A stretch of DNA of 64,000 bases, taken from an uncultured bacterium. Lineage in GTDB: Bacteria > Patescibacteriota > Minisyncoccia > Phycocordibacterales > UBA9973. How positions within the stretch are numbered: position 1 is the first letter of the stretch; the number at the start of each line of letters is the position of its first letter. The position numbers were made by a program, and so were the translations under genes. Location: assembly GCA_903894565.1 (NCBI GenBank), contig CAITQP010000011.1, positions 6,515 to 70,514 on the forward strand, in the 5' to 3' direction. Below the pieces are notes generated by a model, which was not told the DNA's origin, searched no databases, and saw only the letters and a program-made list of their open reading frames with translations. Shown one piece after another: positions 46,188 through 55,513 of the stretch.

Positions 46188-46274
46188 CGGAGACGGTGAG
46201 ATTCGAACTCACGGTACGGTTTCCCGCACGCTTGTTTTCGAAACAAGTGCCTTCAACCACTCAGCCACGTCTCC
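46188..46274 (-). tRNA. tRNA-Ser (anticodon CGA)
   Basis: GGAGACGTGGCTGAGTGGTTGAAGGCACTTGTTTCGAAAACAAG + long variable arm + GTGAGTTCGAATCTCACCGTCTCCG. Confidence 0.85.
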
Positions 46275-46346
46275 TTACGATTGAATATGCCCGAAGGCAA
46301 TACTATCATTTTTACATTCTAAGGCCAAATTTGGTATACTTTTCGG

Positions 46347-47345
46347 ATGAAAAATATCAAACGGGTGTTGCTCGGATTTATCTCAAGTATCGTCGTCGCG
46401 GCTACGCCGCTCCTCGCGAGTGCTCATGTCGGCTACGTGCTTGACCATGAGGACTTTGTAACCCACGAAGGTTCAGATGTGCATTTCCTTATTTCTGGTG
46501 TTACCGATGCCCCTCTTTCTGTTTTGATTGCGGGCCTCATCACACTACTTGTCGTTGGGGCGATCATCTATTGGCGTACGCGACCTCGCTCAAAAGCATT
46601 GCTTGCGCGAGTGGTCGAGAAACTCGCAACATATGAAGAACTCCTCTCTTGGATGGCACGTCTTTCACTTGGGATCGCACTTATCGGTGCTGGTACCGCG
46701 AATGTGTTTGTCTCTCCCGTTCTCATGGGTACACCGATGATTGGATTCATTGAGATCATTCTTGGATTTTTGTTTTTGCTTGGGTTCTTGCTTCCGATTG
46801 CGTATGTTGGAAGCGTTGCGCTTTTCTTTGCTGGTGTAGTGCACTCAAATTATGTGTTCGGCAACATGGATTTTCTCGCACTCGTTGTCTCAGCACTTTT
46901 GCTTGAATCAGCACGACCAGGGCTCGACGATATTTTGAACATCAAACAATTCTCACTCGGAGAAGAAGCCCGCGCGCTCGTTCCACTCGTGCTCCGTTTT
47001 GGACTTGGTATCGCGTTCATCTTCCTCGCTGTGTATGAAAAATTTATGAATCCGCACGATTCAGCGCTCGTTGTGCAGATGTATCATCTCACGAATGTCA
47101 TTCCTGTTTCGCCGGCACTGTGGGTGCTTGGAGCGGGAATTGTGGAATTCTTGCTCGGCGTGTTGCTCATTATCGGATTTGAAATTCGTCTCGTTGCCGT
47201 CGTTTCGTTCGTCGTGATCTCGTTGTCGTTCTTTTACTTCAAAGAGTCCGTATACTCACACGTCACGCTGTTTGGCGCGATCTCAATGCTCGTAGTGACT
47301 GGAGCAGGGAAGTATAGTGTCGATCGGTATCTCAAAAATAGATAA
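46347..47345 (+). CDS. polytopic membrane protein (about 8 TM)
   Basis: 332 aa, signal/TM N-terminus, repeated hydrophobic blocks suggesting internal duplication. Confidence 0.55.
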   Translation: MKNIKRVLLGFISSIVVAATPLLASAHVGYVLDHEDFVTHEGSDVHFLISGVTDAPLSVLIAGLITLLVVGAIIYWRTRPRSKALLARVVEKLATYEELLSWMARLSLGIALIGAGTANVFVSPVLMGTPMIGFIEIILGFLFLLGFLLPIAYVGSVALFFAGVVHSNYVFGNMDFLALVVSALLLESARPGLDDILNIKQFSLGEEARALVPLVLRFGLGIAFIFLAVYEKFMNPHDSALVVQMYHLTNVIPVSPALWVLGAGIVEFLLGVLLIIGFEIRLVAVVSFVVISLSFFYFKESVYSHVTLFGAISMLVVTGAGKYSVDRYLKNR

Positions 47346-47363
47346 TCATAAATGGTAATAAAT

Positions 47364-47400
47364 AAGGCCCCGCATTTGTGTGCAGGGCCCATTTATTTTT
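47364..47400. terminator. bidirectional terminator between convergent genes
   Basis: ggccccgca-tttgtg-tgcagggccc flanked by A/T runs. Confidence 0.6.
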
Positions 47401-47413
47401 TGGAGTGATGGTT

Positions 47414-48307
47414 TTATTCATCATCGTCCGATTTTTTGTTTTTCGCGTTCGTCGTTTTTTTGTCAGGCTTACGCATTGCCTGTAACTCTGAGAGATACGA
47501 ATCACAAGTATTTTCGTCCACATGAGTTTTGTGGGCAACATACCTTGCTTGGTTATAGATGTCGATAACCTCGCGCATGTTTTGGGCCGTCACTTGGTTT
47601 TTTTTGATGTGCAGCACTCGTGCTACAAACGAAACTGGGTCGTTTGTTTCAGTGCACTTCAATAAAAACCTTGGGGAAAAGTAGTGTAGGTTGATCATCT
47701 TCTGAGTCAGAGTCGCCATGACCCAATACGAAGAATATGCGTAATTGTACCGCCTAGGATCCAGTGCTCGAGCACACGCCTCGGCCGAGGCTTCTTCAAA
47801 TTCGGAGTGCCTAGTTCCATGAAATTCGCCGTATTCCTCAAATTTACTTATTTGAGACTTTGTTAGTATCGTAAAGCATAAGCCATGCGATACGACAGCA
47901 CTGCCGTCAAGCAAGATTGTTAGTGTCTGCTTGTCTTGAGCGTTTGAGTTTGACACCGAATGAAATAATTCGTGCAGACACACGTGGAACAGGTGTTCCG
48001 TGTTGCAGATGTGGTCCTCTAAGTATTTATTATTTAAATAAATGTGCCTCGAGCACCCTAAGGCAAGCGGCCACTCCTTTCCAGGAGTGTCTACAATGGT
48101 TGTGTCTGTCACCCACAGGGTGTCGTACACGTTCAGATAATTTTTATTATAGGCCTCTGCGGCCTTTTGCATTGTCTCTTTGACAGAGTCCGTAAAGTTT
48201 GTCCTTTCGGCCCAAACTATCTTTACTCTGTTTTTGTTGCACGCTGTGGTGCCAACGAGGCAGGCGAATACTATCGCGGCCAGAATCAATTTAGTTGTGT
48301 ACTTCAT
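47414..48307 (-). CDS. putative lipoprotein zinc metallopeptidase (HExxH)
   Basis: start taken at MKYTTKLILAAIVFACLVGTTAC (lipobox-like); VCLHELFHSV zincin motif. Confidence 0.5.
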   Translation of the reverse strand: MKYTTKLILAAIVFACLVGTTACNKNRVKIVWAERTNFTDSVKETMQKAAEAYNKNYLNVYDTLWVTDTTIVDTPGKEWPLALGCSRHIYLNNKYLEDHICNTEHLFHVCLHELFHSVSNSNAQDKQTLTILLDGSAVVSHGLCFTILTKSQISKFEEYGEFHGTRHSEFEEASAEACARALDPRRYNYAYSSYWVMATLTQKMINLHYFSPRFLLKCTETNDPVSFVARVLHIKKNQVTAQNMREVIDIYNQARYVAHKTHVDENTCDSYLSELQAMRKPDKKTTNAKNKKSDDDE

Positions 48308-48526
48308 TTTATTTTGGTTTTTGAAATTGGTGACCTTTTTTGTCGATAGAAATTCAACCGAAAAGGTCACCAATCCAAGAACCGTATTTTTAAATATTTT
48401 GCTCATTATATCATAATATTGACTATATTGTCAATATATTATATAAACCAGAATAATGCTGGAAAATAAGGATAAATGGCATTTTACTTCATCATATTTC
48501 CATGCTATATTGAGAAAGTTTTCAAT

Positions 48527-48598
48527 GGCTCTATCGTCTAACGGTTAGGACACGGCCTTTTCAAGGCTGTAATCCGGGTTCGATTCCCGGTAGAGTCA
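48527..48598 (+). tRNA. tRNA-Glu (anticodon TTC)
   Basis: GGCTCTATCGTCTAACGGTTAGGACACGGCCTTTTCAAGGCTGTAATCCGGGTTCGATTCCCGGTAGAGTCA cloverleaf. Confidence 0.88.
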
Positions 48599-48690
48599 CA
48601 ACACATATACGTGTACTGCACCAACCCAAACACAATTGGGTTATTTTGACTTGTCAAAGGATTTGTTCTATTGTGAAGAAAAGATAAGCT

Positions 48691-49734
48691 ATGGCAAAAA
48701 TTGTAAAAGTACCTGATTGGATTGTACGAGTCGGTATTTTGCCGAGCGACATCTCTATTGCGATTGCGCCATATATCTTCTTGAATAGTTCATTGTATCA
48801 AGATTATATAACGGGCCAACCGAATTGGTTTACGCAGTCGATGATTGAGCACGAGACTGCTCACATCGAGCGTCAGCAGCAGTTTGGGGTCATCTTATGG
48901 CTCTGGCGGTATATAACTTCGAATAGTTTTTGTTTTCAAGAAGAAATCATCGCACTCAAACGTGAGATGGATGTCTACCGACAAAACAAAAACAATTTAG
49001 TACCGACAAGAAAGCGCGACTGCTTTCAAAGTTTTGGATATACCATGGCTGTGTATCGTACTTTGACGCCAAATGCGTGCTGGATGGTCTTTGGAATCAA
49101 AAATAATGATAAAATACCGCCACTCAATACGGCGGTATTTTATATGCCATTTTGGTATACTACAAATACTATGAGTGGAATGGAAATGAGTACTCCGATG
49201 TCACCTGAGAAATTTATGTTTCAGGTTTCGATTGCGACGCCAAATGATTGGCAGGAATGCAAGCGTGTGCGCGAGCTCGCGATTACGGGTGATGATGCGA
49301 GCATGTTTAATGCGACTCCAGAGAGCGTAGCGTTTGAACAAGCCAAAACCGAGGAAGAGTGGAAGACTGATCTGTCGAGCAACGAGCGATTTTATGTTTT
49401 GTCGCGAAGTGGTGGTGAAGCGATAGGCATGGGACGTGCGACAGAAATCAAAAGTCTGGGTGAGGGCACATGGGGAATTTTTAATGGATATGTACGTCCA
49501 GAATTTCGTGGCAACCATGTTGCGCAGGAAATGTTTGTGACTCGTTTACGCGAAATTCAAAATCGAGGAGGGAAGTTTGTGGTCACTTATATCCATGAAG
49601 ACAACGAGAAACAAATGAACTTGATCAAGAAATTTGGTTTTGAAAAATATGGAGAAAATCCAGCAGAAGCAGATCAGTTTGTTCGTTTTGGACTCGACCT
49701 TTCTCGTCCGATCGATTTTTCAAGTATTGAATAA
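48691..49734 (+). CDS. two-domain protein: N-terminal HExxH zincin-like domain fused to C-terminal GNAT acetyltransferase
   Basis: N-domain MIEHETAHIERQQQFGVILWLW (HExxH..Q); C-domain GNAT motifs FYVLSRSGGEAIGMGRA...GYVRPEFRGNHVAQEMF...KKFGFEKYG; GNAT could alternatively start at internal MSGMEMSTPMSPEK. Confidence 0.55.
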   Translation: MAKIVKVPDWIVRVGILPSDISIAIAPYIFLNSSLYQDYITGQPNWFTQSMIEHETAHIERQQQFGVILWLWRYITSNSFCFQEEIIALKREMDVYRQNKNNLVPTRKRDCFQSFGYTMAVYRTLTPNACWMVFGIKNNDKIPPLNTAVFYMPFWYTTNTMSGMEMSTPMSPEKFMFQVSIATPNDWQECKRVRELAITGDDASMFNATPESVAFEQAKTEEEWKTDLSSNERFYVLSRSGGEAIGMGRATEIKSLGEGTWGIFNGYVRPEFRGNHVAQEMFVTRLREIQNRGGKFVVTYIHEDNEKQMNLIKKFGFEKYGENPAEADQFVRFGLDLSRPIDFSSIE

Positions 49735-49954
49735 TGGGCAAAAAGAAAAGCCGTCGTTGATTAGCTTTTGCTTCTCAAACGACGACTCTGATGGATACTC
49801 TACCGCACATAAAATGCGGGAAAGCCTACTGTTTAGTTTTCATTCGTATGCACATTACAAGGGTTTTACACTTACTAAAACTTAATAACATCATAACACT
49901 ATAATTATATAGCGTCAAGTATGAGCCAACAGGGGATTTTGGTATAGTTTCTAC

Positions 49955-50695
49955 ATGCAAAAAACTGAAGTTGTTGTTCTCGCTGCTGGGTACGGCAAAC
50001 GCATGCAAAGCGATCTACCGAAGGTACTCGTGCCACTCCATGGCAAACCGCTCGTACAGCACGTTCTCGAGGCTGTGAAGGCTTCAGGTGTGACTGACAC
50101 ACCCATTGTGGTCGTGGGTCAGAAGCGTGAGCTCGTTATGACGACGCTCGGCTCTGAATATAGATATGTCGCTCAGCTTGAACAGCTTGGCACAGGTCAT
50201 GCAGTGCTCTCGGCAATGCCCGAGCTCGAGGAAAAGGTTGAGAATGTTCTTGTGCTCAATAGTGACGTACCATATATCAAACCGCATTCAATTCATATGC
50301 TCGCCGAAATGGCCGAAAATTCTGATGCCGTGCTCACGATGGCCACAGTACATGTATCAGATTTTGAGGATTGGCGTGCAGGGTTCGCAGATTTTGGCCG
50401 CATCATTCGCGACGAGAATGGTGATATCGTAAAAATAGTTGAGAAAAAAGATGCCACACCAGATGAGCTCAAAATCACCGAAGTAAATTCCGGCTCATAT
50501 TCGTTCAAAGCGAGTTGGCTTTGGAATCATCTCAAAGCGCTCAAAAACGAGAACGCACAAGGCGAATACTATCTCACCGATCTTGTCGGAATGGCGTGCG
50601 CCGAAGGCGCAGATATCGCATCAATTTCAATCGATCCCAAAGAAGCAATCGGCGTTAACACAAAAGAGCATCTAGATCTTTTGCATAAACTCTAA
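49955..50695 (+). CDS. glmU: UDP-GlcNAc pyrophosphorylase-type nucleotidyltransferase (GlmU N-terminal domain only)
   Basis: VVLAAGYGKRMQSDLPKVL and GTGHAV motifs; no left-handed beta-helix acetyltransferase domain. Confidence 0.8.
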   Translation: MQKTEVVVLAAGYGKRMQSDLPKVLVPLHGKPLVQHVLEAVKASGVTDTPIVVVGQKRELVMTTLGSEYRYVAQLEQLGTGHAVLSAMPELEEKVENVLVLNSDVPYIKPHSIHMLAEMAENSDAVLTMATVHVSDFEDWRAGFADFGRIIRDENGDIVKIVEKKDATPDELKITEVNSGSYSFKASWLWNHLKALKNENAQGEYYLTDLVGMACAEGADIASISIDPKEAIGVNTKEHLDLLHKL

Positions 50696-50823
50696 CCGCG
50701 GGCACGCAAAAGAATACTCTTCCAAAGCACTCGCGGAACGCGACGGCGCGAGCGTGAGGCGTAAAATCCTTCAGGATTTTACGCCGGTGCTTGGGAAGAG
50801 TATTCTTTTGCGTGCCCGCGGTT
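50694..50823. repeat. 130-bp nested inverted-repeat element between convergent glmU and trxB
   Basis: perfect 30-bp arms AACCGCGGGCACGCAAAAGAATACTCTTCC / GGAAGAGTATTCTTTTGCGTGCCCGCGGTT enclosing inner hairpin GGCGTAAAATCC-TTCA-GGATTTTACGCC and a CTCGCG/CGCGAG stem. Confidence 0.6.
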
Positions 50824-51751
50824 ACGCTTTGTGCTTATGTAGCCAGATATAGATATCTTCGAGTGCGCGAACGGCGTCGCCTGCGGCGATATTGTTTTGG
50901 TGGTAGAGAACATCAGTGACGTCACCTGCAGACCAAATACCTTCGACTGATGTTGCTTGAGTACGTGGATCAATTTTGATTGAGCCAACGTCGTTCATGT
51001 CGACAATGCCTTTGACGAAACTTGAATTTGGAATTTGACCAACCTCGACGAAGATTCCTGAAGCGGAGATTTTTTCTTCCGTGCCATCTGTCTTGTGTTT
51101 TATTGTCATGCCTTCGACGAAATCTCCGCCATACACTTCGAGCATTTCGATTTCAGTTATTGCGCGGAATTTTGGATCTTTCTGCGTTTGTGTGACCGTG
51201 ATTTCGTCAGCGCGGAATTTGTCACTGCGGTTGAGTAATGTAACTTTGCTACAGTAGGCGAGAAGTTGTGCTGCAGTTTCGAATGCTGCGTTGCCTCCAC
51301 CAATGACAATGACTTCCTGTTCAGCAAAAAGTGGACCATCACATGACGCACAATACGTGAGACCCTTGTGTTCATATTCGCTAGCTCCTTTGATGTCGAG
51401 TTGTCGGCGGTTTGATCCAGTCGCAACGAGAATTGCGCGAGCATTCATCACATCTTTTTCTCCAATCGTTGCAGAAAAATTGCCCGCAGTACCTTCGATC
51501 TTTGTAACGTAACCACCCTCTTTGATAGTAAGAAAATCTCCAGCGTATTCGTAGACGTGAGCTTTCAAACTCTTTGCGAGATCAGCGCCACTAATGTGTG
51601 GAGTACCAATCCAATTTTGAATGTCAGTTGAGACAGTTGATTGTCCGCCAAACTCTCCGGCAACGAGTATTGTCTTGAGACGTTTGCGTGCGGCATAAAC
51701 TGCTGCGGCACTTGCTGCGGGGCCACCACCGATAATGAGAAGATCGTACAT
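50822..51751 (-). CDS. trxB: thioredoxin-disulfide reductase
   Basis: DLLIIGGGPAASAAAVYA, redox-active CASC, GGGNAAFE NADPH motif; start taken at MYDLLIIGG. Confidence 0.9.
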   Translation of the reverse strand: MYDLLIIGGGPAASAAAVYAARKRLKTILVAGEFGGQSTVSTDIQNWIGTPHISGADLAKSLKAHVYEYAGDFLTIKEGGYVTKIEGTAGNFSATIGEKDVMNARAILVATGSNRRQLDIKGASEYEHKGLTYCASCDGPLFAEQEVIVIGGGNAAFETAAQLLAYCSKVTLLNRSDKFRADEITVTQTQKDPKFRAITEIEMLEVYGGDFVEGMTIKHKTDGTEEKISASGIFVEVGQIPNSSFVKGIVDMNDVGSIKIDPRTQATSVEGIWSAGDVTDVLYHQNNIAAGDAVRALEDIYIWLHKHKA

Positions 51752-51826
51752 AAAATAGATTGTGATTAGAATTGAAATGACAGCGTGAGCTGTCATTTCA
51801 AGTATACCAAGTGAGTCAAGTTCTGC

Positions 51827-53062
51827 CTACTTTTTTGGACGGCGGAGGAAAGCTGGAACTGCGCTCCAATCATCGGTGTCGTCGCCAAATGTTGGGATGT
51901 CGTCGCGTGTCGTCGCAACCTCGATTGTTTTTTCTACTGCTGGTCGTTTGACGAAATCACTTGCCATCGGTGCTGTAGCCTGAACAACAGGCTGTTCCTT
52001 TTTTGGTGCGGGAGCTACGGCTTCAGCGCGATCAACGGCCTGCACTGTCTGCTGAGCTGTCGCTTGAGCGAATGAGGCTTGGAAGAGTGAACGTTTTGGA
52101 TTGGTCTCTGTTGGGAAACCAGTCGCAATAACGGTGACTTTGACTTCGCCTTTTTTGAGACGATCGTCTTTGATTGTTCCAAAGATGACTTTTGCTTCTT
52201 TGTCGATTGATTCAGTGATGATTTTTGCAGCTTCCTGAATCTCGTGGATTGTGAGATCGTCGCCACCAGAGATTGCAAAGAGAACTCCGCGTGCTCCGTT
52301 GATTGAAACTTCGAGAAGTGGGGAATTGATCGCTTCAGTTGCGGCCTTTGCTGCGCGACCTTCACCTGAACCCATTCCAATACCCATGAGTGCGGTACCA
52401 GTATCAGCCATGATGGCCTTGATGTCGGCGAAGTCCACGTTGATGACTCCAGGAGTAGTAATGAGGTCAGAGATACCTTCGACTGCTTGTTGGAGAACAG
52501 AGTCACAGAGTGCGAATGCATCGCGGAATCCCATGTCCTTGCCGGCGATTTGCATGAGCTTGTCGTTTGGAATGACGATGATTGCGTCGACTTCTTTTTC
52601 GAGTTCACGAAGACCTTCTTCAGCAATGCGTGAACGCTGATTGCCTTCGAAGAAGAATGGCTTGGTGACAACTGCGACGGTGAGGATGCCTTGCTCTTTT
52701 GAAGATTTGGCAACGATAGGAGCAGCACCTGTACCTGTGCCTCCACCCATTCCACACGCAATGAAAACCATGTCAGAGCCCTTGATGACATCCTGAATTT
52801 CAGCTTTGGTTTCCTCTGCTGCGCGTTTGCCCACGTCAGGATTCATTCCTGCGCCGAGACCGCGAGTGAGATTTTTTCCAATGTGGATTTTCTTGTCTGC
52901 GAGTGAATTGTGGAGATCTTGCGTATCGGTATTCATCACGATGAATTCAACACCACGAACTTTGGCGTTGATCATGTGGTTGATGGCGTTCTTTCCGGAA
53001 CCTCCAACTCCGATGACTTTGATGCGGGCGAATGTCTCAACTTCAGGATTGATTTTGGGCAT
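51827..53062 (-). CDS. ftsZ: cell division protein FtsZ
   Basis: GGGTGTG tubulin signature, T7 loop, C-terminal linker and DIPAFLRR tail. Confidence 0.96.
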   Translation of the reverse strand: MPKINPEVETFARIKVIGVGGSGKNAINHMINAKVRGVEFIVMNTDTQDLHNSLADKKIHIGKNLTRGLGAGMNPDVGKRAAEETKAEIQDVIKGSDMVFIACGMGGGTGTGAAPIVAKSSKEQGILTVAVVTKPFFFEGNQRSRIAEEGLRELEKEVDAIIVIPNDKLMQIAGKDMGFRDAFALCDSVLQQAVEGISDLITTPGVINVDFADIKAIMADTGTALMGIGMGSGEGRAAKAATEAINSPLLEVSINGARGVLFAISGGDDLTIHEIQEAAKIITESIDKEAKVIFGTIKDDRLKKGEVKVTVIATGFPTETNPKRSLFQASFAQATAQQTVQAVDRAEAVAPAPKKEQPVVQATAPMASDFVKRPAVEKTIEVATTRDDIPTFGDDTDDWSAVPAFLRRPKK

Positions 53063-53218
53063 AGAATAATAGGGCTAAAAGCTAGTAACGAACCTGCGTC
53101 ATTCTATCAGATATTAGAAAAAAGGAAATGGGTGCACAACACCCACATTTTCTATTGACAGGCGCTGTATTTGGCGTAGAGTTTAGGTAATAATTGAACG
53201 CATTTTAAAAAATATTTT

Positions 53219-53443
53219 ATGTTCTCGAAGAAAAAGGAAAGTTATCAGCCCAGTCAGGAAAATTATGATTTGGCGCTCAGTGAGCTAAGTGGTCTTCGCC
53301 CAATTCAGATTCTCGAAGACGAGGCGGGTATCATTGAAAACAAAAAACAAACCAAGAAGTTCTGGTTAGGTTTTTTGATTAAAGCCATGGTGGTAGGTGT
53401 AGCTATCGCAGCTTACATTGCTCATGCAATGCACAAAATTTGA
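53219..53443 (+). CDS. hypothetical small membrane protein
   Basis: 74 aa with C-terminal TM (FWLGFLIKAMVVGVAIAAYIA). Confidence 0.35.
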   Translation: MFSKKKESYQPSQENYDLALSELSGLRPIQILEDEAGIIENKKQTKKFWLGFLIKAMVVGVAIAAYIAHAMHKI

Positions 53444-53488
53444 CTCATTGTTCACATTAAAAGCCCAGCCTTCAAGGTTGGGTATTTT

Positions 53489-54652
53489 TTATGGCAAAAA
53501 CTGTCGCAAGAATTCTTTGAAGAGTCCTGAACCTCCACCTGATGATCCACGAGACTTGCCGCTTGCTTCGTTTTCTTTGGCCATGAATCCGAGACCGAAC
53601 GCTACATACCATGATGAGTCACGAATCGGACTTTTCATTTGAGAGAGGACATCGTCGCTTGAGACGCGCGAGGGAAGACGTAACATATCTTTTGCGAGAC
53701 CCTCAACGAGCGCGTGCCCGCTTCCTCCTCCTGTAATCACGACTCCCGCTGGGAGCAAGCCACTACGTTTAATTTTTTTCAGATATCCATCAATCAATTC
53801 AAATATGTCAGACAAGCGAGCTTCAATGATATCGTCCACTTTGCGCTTTGGGTACGCCATGGTCATGACGCTTCCTGTTTTGATACCCTCGGCCTCTTCG
53901 AGTGAAATACGAAAACCAAGAGCGATGTCGTTGGTGATATCGGTTGAGCCAATTGGAAAGACTGACATACCGATGAGGGCGCCATTTTCAAAGACAGCAA
54001 TCGAAACAGTTTCAGCTCCGATATTTGCAAGCATGACGCCTACCGTACGCTGGCGATCGCTGAGTGCGATCGTACTTGCTGCGACTGATGAAGGTATAAC
54101 ATCTACGACTTCCATACCTGCTTCGCCTGCTGCAGAAAGCAAATCATCGAGGTGTTGTGAAAGGCAAGTAACAAAAACAACTTTTACTTCAAGTTTTACT
54201 CCGTGCATGCCAACGGGAGGATTGTTCATTTCTTTTCCATCAAGTTTCCACATCATTGGAGATTGATGAATGATGCGACGATTTTTGAGATCAAGTGATT
54301 CCTCTGCGCTCGTGAGAGCTGTCTTCGTATCAAACGCGGTCACTTCGCCATCTGATTTCGAGATGATCGCGCTTCCAACACCTGACTCAGCGGAGAGACT
54401 TGTTCCTCCAAGTGAGAAGGCCGCTTTTTTGATTTGAATATTTGCTTCTTTTTCAGCTTGAGTTACTGCACGTTTGATTGAGCCAGCTGCATCGGAAAGA
54501 TTGACGATATATCCGTGACGCATTCCTTTTGACGGAACAGAAACAGAAGCAAGGGTTTCAGGATTGCTTGCTCCAGGCGCCCACGAAAAAACCACACAGC
54601 GAGTGATTGCCGTGCCGAGATCTATACCGACGGTGATTGTGGGTCGAGCCAT
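53489..54652 (-). CDS. ftsA: cell division protein FtsA
   Basis: actin-fold ATPase ITVGIDLGTA..., VVITGGGS...; immediately upstream of ftsZ. Confidence 0.88.
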   Translation of the reverse strand: MARPTITVGIDLGTAITRCVVFSWAPGASNPETLASVSVPSKGMRHGYIVNLSDAAGSIKRAVTQAEKEANIQIKKAAFSLGGTSLSAESGVGSAIISKSDGEVTAFDTKTALTSAEESLDLKNRRIIHQSPMMWKLDGKEMNNPPVGMHGVKLEVKVVFVTCLSQHLDDLLSAAGEAGMEVVDVIPSSVAASTIALSDRQRTVGVMLANIGAETVSIAVFENGALIGMSVFPIGSTDITNDIALGFRISLEEAEGIKTGSVMTMAYPKRKVDDIIEARLSDIFELIDGYLKKIKRSGLLPAGVVITGGGSGHALVEGLAKDMLRLPSRVSSDDVLSQMKSPIRDSSWYVAFGLGFMAKENEASGKSRGSSGGGSGLFKEFLRQFLP

Positions 54653-54685
54653 GAAAAAGTGAGGAAAGAAATTCGCAAGAAAAAA

Positions 54686-55066
54686 TTACAAGAACTTTTT
54701 CAAAAATTTCTTTTCCGCTTTCTCCATTGTACTACCATGATCGTAACCTTTCAAATGAAGCATTCCGTGGATAACGAGAAAAAGTAAAAAATTGTCCGGA
54801 GTCATGTCAAAATTCACAGCATCAGCTCGCGAAGTTTTGAGATCAAGCACGAGTTCACCTGAATTTTTTTCGAATGGAAATGAAAGTACGTTTGTTGGTT
54901 TGTCTTTTTGACGATAGGTAAGATTGAGCTTGTGAGATTCTTTTGGAGTGACAAGCGCGACCGAAAGAGAATACTTTGGTCCGAGTATTGCGTCCTTTAC
55001 CTGCTCAAACGGCAAGCGTGGAAGCTTGCCGTTTGTTCTGTTGGTGATTGAGAAATCTCCAGTCAT
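54686..55066 (-). CDS. ybeY: rRNA maturation RNase YbeY
   Basis: HGMLHLKGYDH zinc-binding motif. Confidence 0.85.
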   Translation of the reverse strand: MTGDFSITNRTNGKLPRLPFEQVKDAILGPKYSLSVALVTPKESHKLNLTYRQKDKPTNVLSFPFEKNSGELVLDLKTSRADAVNFDMTPDNFLLFLVIHGMLHLKGYDHGSTMEKAEKKFLKKFL

Positions 55067-55329
55067 TATGCTTGTTTACGTGGAGCACCGCGTTCACGCT
55101 CTACCCATTTGCCGAGCTTCTTCAAACGCTCAACTTCTTTGCCTCGCTTGAGACGATTGATAGCTGATGTCTTGCGATCGAGCTTCGATGGTGCGCGGTC
55201 GTGGTAGCGCTGAGCTTTGACAGCACGGATGATGCCAGCCTCTTGTACGCGACGACTAAAACGACGGATGAGAGTCATGTTGCTCTCATTTGAAGCTTTT
55301 TTGACTTCGATTGTTGGTTTGCTATTCAT
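55066..55329 (-). CDS. rpsU: 30S ribosomal protein S21
   Basis: TLIRRFSRRVQEAGIIRAVKAQRYHDRAPSK...RLKR; start taken at MNSKPT. Confidence 0.75.
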   Translation of the reverse strand: MNSKPTIEVKKASNESNMTLIRRFSRRVQEAGIIRAVKAQRYHDRAPSKLDRKTSAINRLKRGKEVERLKKLGKWVERERGAPRKQA

Positions 55330-55513
55330 GCCGAATGAGGATACCACGAGAAAAGTGGAAACGCAAGTTGCCGAGTGAACAGTTTCTTAAATGGTATGCA
55401 CGGCGGCGAAGTAGGGCGCTGCTCATCCCGAATATATTTGATTTTAGATTATTGACAAGATTAAATATAAGTGGTACAATTAAAACAACTGAATAAAACA
55501 ACAGTTCTTTATC

